Below the pieces are notes generated by a model. That model had not been told where the DNA came from. It searched no databases and worked only from the letters and a program-made list of their open reading frames with translations. The translations under genes were made by a program, and so were the position numbers. Below, in pieces: positions 30,459-39,452 of a DNA stretch of 64,000 nt. Every line of letters starts with the position of its first letter. Position 1 is the first letter of the stretch. The stretch is from Nitrospirota bacterium (lineage in GTDB: Bacteria > Nitrospirota > Thermodesulfovibrionia > Thermodesulfovibrionales > UBA9159): contig CAVOUE010000003.1 in the NCBI GenBank assembly GCA_963699545.1, positions 480,001 to 544,000 on the forward strand, written 5' to 3'.

Positions 30459-31661
30459 TCAGAAAATGACGCTGAGAAATTTTGTGAGCAGCACTTCCAG
30501 CGGCATGATGGTAAGAGCAAGGGGAAGAACAGGCAGCGAGAGGATGACGAGGAACTGAACGACCGTTTCTTTGGTGAAAGGGATAGGCCGGATGCCCCTG
30601 ATTATTTCGAAGCTGTTTCCCAGGTCGGCGAGAGACTGTATATCGCCACTCCCGATCAGCTGCTCATCCCCCGGCGCGCCGCCGCGAACCCATTTCTGAT
30701 CGAACTCTTCGACATATCGGCTCGCCAGCTTCCCGTACTCGCGCAGGCCATCTCTCTTGGCACGCATCAAGTGCGGGGTGAAGACAAGGAGTGGTCCCAA
30801 CACCAGTATCATGACCAGGGCGGCAACGACGCCAGCCTCCACTTTGAAATCCAACAACTTCGCTCCTGTATAAAAGATCCGGTTGGCTATCAGTCCCGAA
30901 AGCAGCACCCCATGTGCCACGATGAACAGCGACATGGCATGGACGCTTACCGAGAGGAAACCGAGACCCGCCGCGCGGTCGGGGTGTGTCGGAATAAGGT
31001 GCAGGTCGAGCCTTGAGACCTGCCAAAGGAAGCGCGCCCATACGAAAAGCCGAAAATACCAGCGGATAAAAATGAACTGAAAGAAAGGCCGGCTCACAAA
31101 ACCATACCAGTATCCCGCGGGCGACAGCTGCATGCCTGCGTCGCTCTTTGCCGCATACCAGGTTGCGATCTCTTGAACGGTCTTCTCCATGCCGCTCATC
31201 GCGCTCCAGATAAAATGACCTGCTACGAAGGCAAACAGGAGGAGCCCTACCTCAACAGCAATCGAGTTCCTCAACCTCATGGCGGAATCGATGATCGCGC
31301 CGAATCGCGGAAGCAACTCCTCAGGAACAATTCCCCTGTCCAGGAACTGTTGCACAATCGTCCTGATCCGTTTATGGACCATGAGCTCAGCAAGGATGAA
31401 CAAGGGCAGCACGAGCAGAAACCGCAGCTGCATTTCGATGTCATAGAGAAAAGGTATCTTTACACCGCCCAGTGCCTTGCCGTCAAGCAGGGTGAGAAGA
31501 AAGAGCGGCAGCCACGCGAAGAGGGTGATAACGACAATGCGCTGCTTGAGGTGCCCGAGGGCAGAATCCTCCAGCCGCGCACGAATCAGGAGCTGGTACA
31601 GTGGCCCGCCAAGTACAAGCGAGAAATCTTGCGATTTTTTGAAATACTCCGACTCGTTCAT
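30459..31661 (-). CDS. Hypothetical polytopic membrane protein
   Basis: FSLVLGGPLYQ, several TMs, PTHPDRAAGLGFL, DIQSLADL. Confidence 0.8.
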   Translation of the reverse strand: MNESEYFKKSQDFSLVLGGPLYQLLIRARLEDSALGHLKQRIVVITLFAWLPLFLLTLLDGKALGGVKIPFLYDIEMQLRFLLVLPLFILAELMVHKRIRTIVQQFLDRGIVPEELLPRFGAIIDSAMRLRNSIAVEVGLLLFAFVAGHFIWSAMSGMEKTVQEIATWYAAKSDAGMQLSPAGYWYGFVSRPFFQFIFIRWYFRLFVWARFLWQVSRLDLHLIPTHPDRAAGLGFLSVSVHAMSLFIVAHGVLLSGLIANRIFYTGAKLLDFKVEAGVVAALVMILVLGPLLVFTPHLMRAKRDGLREYGKLASRYVEEFDQKWVRGGAPGDEQLIGSGDIQSLADLGNSFEIIRGIRPIPFTKETVVQFLVILSLPVLPLALTIMPLEVLLTKFLSVIF

Positions 31662-32026
31662 ATCACCGTCAGGAGCCCATAAAGATGTGCATCAAGATCA
31701 TTTTGTCATCCTTACATGACTGTTGAGATAAAGTTGCCTCTTGGCAACACAGTCTATTACATTATAGACCTAATTTGTCCACAGAGGAAGGGTTATATCG
31801 GTAACTGTGATGCTGCAAAAAGGGCGGCAGCGAGTAGAACCGTCCCAAAAGAATGAAGATTTGACCCTCGGTCTTCCCTTCCTCTCACTCGAAGTCTCGC
31901 AACAAGTTCATTTTTTTTGCATCATGGCTCTCCTCGACATCAACCAACAATTATGGGGCAATATGATCATTGAAACTTCAAATTGACAGGGGACCTTATG
32001 CGTGATAAAAGGTAATCAAAGTGAGA

Positions 32027-32110
32027 GGTATCCCGATAAGACCAAACCCTTCATGAGAAGGGGGCGGAAAGTGGCGGGTCTTCAGAGAAGATGGCCGAAC
32101 CGCCAAAGGC
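32027..32110 (+). ncRNA. c-di-GMP-I (GEMM-I) class riboswitch, probable cGAMP-sensing GEMM-Ib variant
   Basis: AAGACCAAACC-CTTC(ATGA)GAAG-GGGGCGGAAAG-TGGCGGGTCTT..AAGATGGCCG..CCGCC; lies after TTGACA (31983) and before the CBS gene. Confidence 0.75.
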
Positions 32111-32155
32111 AAGACTTTTGGCGTCAAAAGAAGGAAAAGAAAAGGAGGATGAGGA

Positions 32156-32593
32156 ATGATGGTTACCGTAAAGAAGATACTTGAAGTAAAGAAGAAGGGC
32201 TTCTGGACGATCGCACCAGATATGTCTGCTTATGAGGCTCTCCAGATCATGGCTGAGAACGATGTTGGCGCATTGCTCGTCGTCGGCAAAGAGAAGAATC
32301 TACTAGGAATCATCACGGAAAGAGACTATTCACGGAAGGTGGTTCTGAAAGGAAGATCTTCCAAGGATACTCCTGTCAGTGAACTCATGACCGAGTCAGT
32401 ATATTGCGTAACTCCTGATGATCCGATAGAAAACTGCATGTCTATTATGAACGATAAGCATGTCCGACACTTGCCGGTCTTAGACCGTGGGAAACTGGTG
32501 GGCCTTGTGAGTATCCGCGATGTGGTGAATATGATAATCTCCGAAAGGGAAGCTACTATCAGGCATCTTGAGGAGTACATATCAGCAGGATAG
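32156..32593 (+). CDS. CBS-pair (Bateman) domain protein
   Basis: VGALLV, GIITERDY.RKV, VRHLPV, GLVSI.DVV, LEEYI. Confidence 0.93.
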   Translation: MMVTVKKILEVKKKGFWTIAPDMSAYEALQIMAENDVGALLVVGKEKNLLGIITERDYSRKVVLKGRSSKDTPVSELMTESVYCVTPDDPIENCMSIMNDKHVRHLPVLDRGKLVGLVSIRDVVNMIISEREATIRHLEEYISAG

Positions 32594-32824
32594 GGTAGTG
32601 ATCGGCGAAGAGAAGGGAACGGGTTCCTTTTGCCACAGAGCCAATATCATGACGCCAGTATAAGAAGGTAATAGGTACCTTACCCTTCGCTGATGTCGTA
32701 GCATCCCCCGCGCCTCTCGCCGTGTACCATGCATAGACTCTTTGACCGGCTCCTTGTCACAATACCCCTTTGAATATCTGGCTGTTACGAGGCGTTTTAT
32801 TTTCGGGCTTTTTACCCAGTTTTT

Positions 32825-32862
32825 CTTGACTTACCACCGCCCTCCTTCTATAATTCGCACAT
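32825..32862 (+). promoter_or_regulatory. sigma70 promoter, duplicated copy 1
   Basis: TTGACT-17-TATAAT; 37/38 identical to 35951-35988. Confidence 0.85.
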
Positions 32863-32898
32863 CATGTGGGATACACATAAGAAGGGATGCTGAGAGAC

Positions 32899-33387
32899 AT
32901 GAAGGCATCTTACCTTAGGACACTGCTGGCGGGGGTTGCGGGCGGGCTGGCAATGAACCTTACGATGCTGGCCACATTCCGGTTTCTAGGGTTCGGAGTG
33001 AATGGAGATGGAATCCTCCTCGATCCATCCCTTCAGAGCAGGAAACTTATTGCCGTGTGGACAGAGCTTGAGCCTCTGCCTCTTGTGGTAAATCACCCCC
33101 TCCCCATCGTTCTCGGGATCACCGTCTTTGGGATTGTGCATGCATATCTCTACCGCTGGCTCTGCCCGTCATGGCCGACGGGCATCGCGAGAAGAGGTCT
33201 TTCCTTCGCCTTGCTTGTCTTCCTGATGACATTTGTTTTCTGGGAGTTCTTCACCCCGTTCAACCAATTCGGTGAGCCCGTAGGCCTGATCGCCCTGGAG
33301 CTCACTTTCTGGGCTCTGATCGCCCTTGCAGACGGCTTCGCAATCGCAGCAATCATGGAACGGGGAGTGGCGAACCATCGGCGCTAG
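32899..33387 (+). CDS. Hypothetical 4-TM membrane protein
   Basis: Hydrophobic segments; KLIAVW..EPLP, WEFFTPFN.FGEP; alternative start at 32887. Confidence 0.75.
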   Translation: MKASYLRTLLAGVAGGLAMNLTMLATFRFLGFGVNGDGILLDPSLQSRKLIAVWTELEPLPLVVNHPLPIVLGITVFGIVHAYLYRWLCPSWPTGIARRGLSFALLVFLMTFVFWEFFTPFNQFGEPVGLIALELTFWALIALADGFAIAAIMERGVANHRR

Positions 33388-33443
33388 GTGACGCGCCGGC
33401 ACTTTTTACAAGAGCTGTCACCGCAAATACAGACTACTGCACT

Positions 33444-34187
33444 TTAGCGAACCAAGCCCTCGTCCCTCTTCCCAAGACTGTCTTCCATCTGCGAAATAAT
33501 ACCGTGAAGCATACGTGCTTCACGCTCCGTGACGGCCGCCTTTGAGATCAGACGCTTCAGGTCCGCCATGATCTCGTTCTCCTCGTCCCTGATCCCCTTA
33601 GGCACATAGCCTGCCATTTTCATTAGATTGCGGAGCCGCTCGAACAGGTTCAATAGCTCTTCGTTGTTAATGGTGGCAGGCGGAGGGTTGATGGCGTGTG
33701 TTGCAAAGGAAATCTCATAGGCAATGATGAGTACCGCCTGGGCAAGGTTGAAAGAAGGATGTTCGGTCGAGGAGGGGATGCTGATCATCAACGCGCATTC
33801 GGCAGCCTCATCATTTGTAAGTCCCCTGTCTTCCCTTCCGAAAAGCAGCGCCACGCGATTATTCTCAGAAAAGCTCCTGATCCTTTCGACAGCCTCTCTC
33901 ACCGGATATGTGAGTCCGCGTTTCTTCCCGGTTCTCCTCGTAGTGCCGATGATCAAAGACTTGTCCTTCAAAGCCGGCTCCAGTTCAGGATGGACCTTAA
34001 CAGTGGAGAGAATGTCCTCTGCGCCGTGGGCAAACCATCCTGCCTCGCGAGAGGGGAAGTTCCTTGGACGGACAAGTTCGAGCATCGAGAAACCGCAGTT
34101 CTTCAGCGACCGCGCCGCCGCCCCGATATTCCCGCTCTCCATCGTATCAATGAGCACGAAGGATATGTTGTCTTTCCATTTGTCCAT
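33444..34187 (-). CDS. trmJ: SPOUT tRNA methyltransferase, TrmJ/LasT family
   Basis: GNIGAAAR..KN.G, LLFGREDRGL.N, IP..S.NLAQAV...YE. Confidence 0.88.
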   Translation of the reverse strand: MDKWKDNISFVLIDTMESGNIGAAARSLKNCGFSMLELVRPRNFPSREAGWFAHGAEDILSTVKVHPELEPALKDKSLIIGTTRRTGKKRGLTYPVREAVERIRSFSENNRVALLFGREDRGLTNDEAAECALMISIPSSTEHPSFNLAQAVLIIAYEISFATHAINPPPATINNEELLNLFERLRNLMKMAGYVPKGIRDEENEIMADLKRLISKAAVTEREARMLHGIISQMEDSLGKRDEGLVR

Positions 34188-34256
34188 GAGGATTGGCCAT
34201 TATTCCATGTGCTTGCAATAATTCTCAAGGGTTATTTCTATGAGACGCCGGACTCG

Positions 34257-34321
34257 AATTCTAGGGACACCCTACTTAGTTATGAAGGCTAGGATGAATT
34301 TCATATTGTGTCCCCGTAATT
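34257..34321. repeat. GGGACAC...GTGTCCCC palindromic element
   Basis: GGGACAC 34264-34270 and GTGTCCCC 34308-34315; left arm GGGACACCCTACTTA resembles 4653-4667. Confidence 0.55.
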
Positions 34322-34454
34322 AAATCACAAAAAAGAATGTTCGGTGAATAATGAATGAGTGAACAAAATAAATTTACTGATTTCATAAAGGCCGATCGCA
34401 AGGAAGAGGAACGCGAGAAGAAAGACGTACGGCATAGATTGCAAACCGAATTCT

Positions 34455-35222
34455 CTATTCTATAGTATATTGTCCGCTACCTCTGAATCTTAAAATCCTC
34501 TTGTCTCTTAAGACCTGCAGTTGCTGACGAATTTTTTGACGGATATGCTTATTGTCCGGATGCAGCGTTTCAAGATGTTTCTGAAATTTATAAACGTCAT
34601 TTAAGTCAAAATCCTGCTTGTCGAGTTCCCTTACACACTTCAAAACGTCCGCTGTCCATCCCCTTACGTCGAACTTCTTTTCCGACAAGAATCTAAATTT
34701 GTCAAAACGTTGTCGAACATTCTCGGGTCGTATAATCTTTTTTCCTTGGATAATAGGAATTTTTCCATCAACAGGTATTTCTCTTAAGACAATATTGCAT
34801 CCTATCCATCCTGCTCTCCGGGCATTTGCTGATAGAGGTTTACGAGCTTCTATGCAAGAGAGTGTTAAGAAAAAGCGGGGGATAATGAACAAATTTTCTG
34901 CACAGTAATTTAGTGCACTGTAGTGGAGAAGAAACAGGTTAGGTGCTCTATTGCTCTTTATAGAATCAATCATAGGTTCATAAGCAGAATCAAGAATCTT
35001 TCCGCCCAATGGTTTGCTCTGGCTCTTGAGTTGATATTCTTCAGAACAATGCTGGCAGACAAAATCGATAACCTTTGTATTCTCACGCGCCGTTTGCAGG
35101 TTCGGGTTCCTACAGGCAGGGCAAAATAGGTTTCGCGCGGCCCAATCTTCTGTCAGAATTCGCGCTATCTGAGATGGACTTTTATAGTCTCTGCTTTTTT
35201 CTCTATCGAAGCACAAATTCAT
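34455..35222 (-). CDS. DpnI / Dam-replacing family modification-dependent endonuclease
   Basis: YKS.SQ.AR.LTE.W, CPAC, DF.C..C.E.YQLKS, RKPLS..ARRAGW.GCNI, C-terminal wH HP.N.HI..KIRQQLQ.LRD. Confidence 0.9.
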   Translation of the reverse strand: MNLCFDREKSRDYKSPSQIARILTEDWAARNLFCPACRNPNLQTARENTKVIDFVCQHCSEEYQLKSQSKPLGGKILDSAYEPMIDSIKSNRAPNLFLLHYSALNYCAENLFIIPRFFLTLSCIEARKPLSANARRAGWIGCNIVLREIPVDGKIPIIQGKKIIRPENVRQRFDKFRFLSEKKFDVRGWTADVLKCVRELDKQDFDLNDVYKFQKHLETLHPDNKHIRQKIRQQLQVLRDKRILRFRGSGQYTIE

Positions 35223-35875
35223 TGCACAGATTTATCGATGCTTCTTTTTCGGTCCAGCTTGCTTAACGATTTGGTAGTAATTCCGAAGACTAGTATCGGA
35301 CAGCCGCCGCTAAACCCCATTTGCAACTTTGGTAACAGTTGAGCCATATGCGATTTAGTAGCATCATATTTTTGAATGTACTTTCTTTTTTCCCCATCCT
35401 TGTCAAAATACTCCCCAAATGACGGAAACCAGGGATCCAGTTCATTGCTTCTTGTAACCAGAATGCCCACGCTTATTTTGTCGTATTCAAAAAAGGCCCT
35501 GAAGGCATAAAGATCCCTGTCAAATGTCTGATCCTTGCTATTCCATTCTAGGTCAAAGGCCACTCTGTTCTTGATGAAATCAACCTTGTGCGTATCATGA
35601 GATACTTCACTTTCGTCAACGATTATCTTTGCCGTCAAGGATCGCTCTTTCCACTCTAAGCCTCTTAATAACTTCGAGAACTTCTTCGGGATTTTGCTTT
35701 CATTCCCACCGGCTTCTTTTATGTCTGCTATAGTGAGCCGGAATTTTAGGAGCGCATTGCATATTTCTTTAAACTCACCGGGGAACTCGTTCGAGAGTAT
35801 TGCAGCAGCGTGCTTGAAGTCATAGACTTCGTAAAGTTCTTTAATCCTGGCCGGGATGTAGTCTTTCCAAACCAT
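35219..35875 (-). CDS. BglII/BstYI-family type II restriction endonuclease-like protein
   Basis: GGN.S, THKVD..K.RVA.DLEWNSKD.TFDRDL..FR, GGCPILVFGI; stop overlaps the DpnI start (ATGA); alternative start at 35884. Confidence 0.85.
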   Translation of the reverse strand: MVWKDYIPARIKELYEVYDFKHAAAILSNEFPGEFKEICNALLKFRLTIADIKEAGGNESKIPKKFSKLLRGLEWKERSLTAKIIVDESEVSHDTHKVDFIKNRVAFDLEWNSKDQTFDRDLYAFRAFFEYDKISVGILVTRSNELDPWFPSFGEYFDKDGEKRKYIQKYDATKSHMAQLLPKLQMGFSGGCPILVFGITTKSLSKLDRKRSIDKSVQ

Positions 35876-35950
35876 GCCGGTCATTATAGCAAAGGAGTAC
35901 GTGAAAGATCTCCCATAGAATCGGGGTAAAGGTGATTATCCCCCATTTCC

Positions 35951-35988
35951 CTTGACTTACCACCCCCCTCCTTCTATAATTCGCACAT
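35951..35988 (+). promoter_or_regulatory. sigma70 promoter, duplicated copy 2, probably leaderless
   Basis: TTGACT-17-TATAAT-6 bp-ATG. Confidence 0.85.
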
Positions 35989-36889
35989 GGAAAATCAGAA
36001 CATTAAAATACTGATCACATCACGTGGTCCGGTTGAGTACCTCGATACGGGGAATGGAGAGGTTGTACTCTGTCTGCACGGGGCCATGGGGGGATATGAC
36101 CAAGCACAACTTCTTGCACGCACGATCGGCGAATCAAACTACCGCTATCTGTCACTCTCCCGTCCGGGGTATCTCGGAACCCCCCTCACCGCCGGCAGAA
36201 CGCCCGAGGAACAGGCGGATCTTTACGCCGAGTTCATCGATCTTCTCGGTATCAGGCAAGTGATCGTATTTGCCATCTCCGGAGGCGGCCCAAGCGCGAT
36301 CCACTTTGCCCTTCGACATCGTGGCAAGTGCCGCGGGGTGGTGCTGATCTCCACCCTTGGCGGCAGGGCAAAGAACAAGCTACCTCTCTTTTTTCATATC
36401 ATGACACTTCTGGCCAGATGGCCGGCCTTTGTGACGATGCTAAAGAAAAAGACCGAATCGAATCTGAAACAGAACCTGGGTCGTTCCATATCCGATCCCG
36501 CCATTTTGGAACGTACGCTCAGGGATACCGAGGTGATGGCCCTATACAAAGAGTTGACGGTTGGATGCTTGTACAGGATGGCAGAACGAATAGAGGGAAC
36601 AAAAAATGATATAAGAATAACTCAAACAAGAACTTACCCCCTGAAGGATATAGCCGTCCCGACGCTGGTGATTCACGGCACGAAAGACCCTCTAGTCCCA
36701 TTTGAGGAGCATGGCAAGCGACTTGCCACAGAAATTCCGGGAGCACAGTTGCTTGCGGCAGAAGGTGGCGAGCATGTCACCATCTTTACGCATCGCAGGG
36801 AGATTCGCTCAAGAGTTTCCGCATTTCTTCAAGAGTTAAATTTGAGTTCCCCGCGCTCATCAAACGCAGTGTCGGCGCAAAGAAACTAG
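35987..36889 (+). CDS. Alpha/beta hydrolase
   Basis: LHG..GG.D, SRPGY, AISGGG, IHG..D..VP, GGEH. Confidence 0.9.
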   Translation: MENQNIKILITSRGPVEYLDTGNGEVVLCLHGAMGGYDQAQLLARTIGESNYRYLSLSRPGYLGTPLTAGRTPEEQADLYAEFIDLLGIRQVIVFAISGGGPSAIHFALRHRGKCRGVVLISTLGGRAKNKLPLFFHIMTLLARWPAFVTMLKKKTESNLKQNLGRSISDPAILERTLRDTEVMALYKELTVGCLYRMAERIEGTKNDIRITQTRTYPLKDIAVPTLVIHGTKDPLVPFEEHGKRLATEIPGAQLLAAEGGEHVTIFTHRREIRSRVSAFLQELNLSSPRSSNAVSAQRN

Positions 36890-36895
36890 GTCATC

Positions 36896-37261
36896 GTGCT
36901 TTCAAGATTATTCGCTGATATAATCCTGTTCCTTCATTTTGCCTTTGTTGTTTTTGCAATATTCGGCGGGTTGATCGTTCTCTATAAACGGCGCGTGGCC
37001 TGGCTTCACGTGCCGGTGGTGCTGTGGTCATCGGTGATCAACCTGGCCAACTGGATCTGTCCCCTTACGCCGCTTGAAAACATGTTTCGTTCTGCAGCCG
37101 GACAGGCAGGGTATGAAGGCGGATTTGTGGAGCATTATATCATGCCGTTGGTTTATCCCGGCGGCATGCCCCGGGAACTGGAGATAGTTGCCGGAGTCTC
37201 GATCCTCATCTGGAACGGCTTTATGTACACCTACATTGCAATTTGGGCCCGGCGTCGTTAA
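36896..37261 (+). CDS. DUF2784 family membrane protein
   Basis: AD...LH.AF..F...GG, WLH, W.CPLTPLE, GF..HYI...YP. Confidence 0.85.
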   Translation: MLSRLFADIILFLHFAFVVFAIFGGLIVLYKRRVAWLHVPVVLWSSVINLANWICPLTPLENMFRSAAGQAGYEGGFVEHYIMPLVYPGGMPRELEIVAGVSILIWNGFMYTYIAIWARRR

Positions 37262-37265
37262 AGAA

Positions 37266-37298
37266 AAGGGGCGGTCGGGAAAATCCCGACTGCCCCTT
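37266..37298. terminator. Intrinsic terminator hairpin between convergent genes (U-tract on the groEL strand)
   Basis: AAGGGGCGGTCGGGA-AAA-TCCCGACTGCCCCTT. Confidence 0.85.
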
Positions 37299-37325
37299 GG
37301 ATGAATCGCTTGTGAGAAACTTCTC

Positions 37326-38965
37326 TTAGTACATCCCTCCCATGCCGCCGCCGCCCGGCATCGGAGGCATCTTCTTTTCCTCTTCAGGAAGGTCCGCGAT
37401 CATCACGGAGGTGGTGAGCATAAGGGATGCGACCGAAGCTGCGTTCTGGAGCGCGGTTCTGGTGACCTTTGTGGGGTCGATGATGCCCTGCCTTTATCAT
37501 GTCCACATACTCTTCGCTCTGCGCGTCAAAGCCGTAGTTTGCATCCTTTGAGCCCTTCACCTTTTCGACGACCACCGAGCCCTCTACTCCGGCGTTGTTG
37601 ACGATCTGCCGGATCGGCTCTTCGAGGGCCTTCATTACAATCGCCACTCCCATCTTCTGGTCGTGGTTGTCGAGTTTCATGTCCTTTCAGTGCAGAGATG
37701 CACCTGAGCAGGGCAACTCCGCCGCCGGGCACGATCCCCTCTTCCACTGCCGCCCTTGTGGCATGGAGGGCATCTTCAACCCTGGCCTTCTTCTCCTTCA
37801 TTTCCGTCTCTGTTGCTGCGCCGACGTTGATCACTGCAACGCCGCCGACTATCTTTGCAAGGCGCTCCTGGAGTTTTTCGCGGTCATAGTCAGAGGTGGT
37901 CTCTTCGATCTGGGCCTTTATCTGTTTCACCCTGCCCTGGATCTTTGCTGGATCGCCCGCACCTTCGACGATGGTGGTGTTTTCCTTGTCAACGGTTATC
38001 TTCTTTGCCCTTCCGAGGTCGGAGATCTTGACGCTCTCGAGCTTGATGCCGAGGTCCTCGGATATCATTGTGCCGCCGGTGAGGATCGCGATGTCTTCAA
38101 GCATCGCCTTCCTCCTGTCGCCGAATCCGGGCGCCTTCACTGCGCAGACCTGGATGGTGCCGCGCAAGCTTGTTCACGACGAGGGTTGCAAGGGCCTCGC
38201 CTTCAACTTCCTCTGCGATGATGATGAGGGGTTTGCCCATCTTCGCGGTTTGCTCGAGGATGGGCAGGAGGTCTTTCATGCTGGATATCTTCTTCTCGTT
38301 GATGAGGATGTAGACGTCTTCGAGATTGCATTCCATCCTGTCGGGGTCCGTAATGAAGTAGGGGGATATATATCCGCGGTCGAACTGCATCCCTTCTACA
38401 ACGTCCAGGGTGGTTGCCATGCTCTTTGCCTCTTCGACGGTAATGACGCCGTCTTTTCCGACTTTGTCCATCGCCTCTGCGATGAGCTCCCCGATGGATG
38501 GGATCATTATTTGCAGAGATGGTTCCGACCTGTGCTATCTCTTTCTTGTCCCGCACCGGCTTGCTGATCTTTTTCAGTTCCTCGATGACCACCTCAACTG
38601 CCTTCTCGATGCCTCTCTTGAGGTCCATGGGGTTTGCCGCCTGCTACCACATTCTTGATCCCCTCGCGGTAAATCGCATGGGCAAGGACGGTTGCTGTCG
38701 TTGTCCCGTCGCCTGCCACGTCCGAGGTCTTGGATGCAACCTCTCTCACGAGCTGTGCGCCCATGTTTTCCCACGGGTCCTTCAGCTCTATCTCCTTTGC
38801 AACGGTGACACCGTCTTTTGTAATGGTGGGTGCGCCGTATTTCTTGTCCAGGATGGCGTTCCTTCCCTTTGGTCCGAGCGTCGCCTTCACCGCTTTGGTC
38901 AGGAGGGTGACGCCGCTTAATATCGCTCTCTGTGCTTCTTCATCGAATAGAAGTTGTTTCGCCAT
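37326..38965 (-). CDS. groEL: Chaperonin GroEL (about five frameshifts)
   Basis: [39 protein letters not shown] recovered across frames. Confidence 0.97.
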
Positions 38966-38992
38966 TGTTATCCTCCTTGAGGTCTTAAGACT

Positions 38993-39283
38993 TTATTTCT
39001 CCACGATTCCTAAGATATCTTCTTCCCTGATGATCAGGTATTCAACATCGTCCATGGTCACCTTTGAGCCGGAATACTTGTCGAAAAGCACGGTATCTCC
39101 GACCTTTACCGAAATGGGCTGGAGCTTCCGTCATCTGTGATCCTGCCGGCACCCACTGCCACGATCTCACCTTTCTGCGGCTTCTCCTTTGCCGAATCCG
39201 GGATGTAAAGACCGCCCGGCTGTTCTTTCGGCCTCTTCGGAGTATTTTACGAATACCCTGTCTCTCAACGGTTTGAACTTCAT
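38993..39283 (-). CDS. groES: Co-chaperonin GroES (frameshifted)
   Basis: [38 protein letters not shown]. Confidence 0.95.
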
Positions 39284-39317
39284 ATACATGTCTCCTTTCT
39301 TTTAATAAGATTTATTG

Positions 39318-39346
39318 TTAGCACTCGACAGCTGAGTGAGTGCTAA
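39318..39346. promoter_or_regulatory. CIRCE (HrcA operator) with an 11-bp spacer
   Basis: TTAGCACTC-GACAGCTGAGT-GAGTGCTAA upstream of groES. Confidence 0.88.
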
Positions 39347-39452
39347 TATAATAGTTTATTGTATGTTTAAGGCAAGGTCGCTATATGGCAGAAATTGAGG
39401 GAAAACGGCGAATAATTGATGATTTATTCTATTATTCTCTAATTATCTAAAA

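Noticed and set aside
33366-33400. Further attC sites after the 32899 gene and at about 22140-22178
   Set aside because: Only short core-like words without matching arms; too degenerate to call a cassette array.
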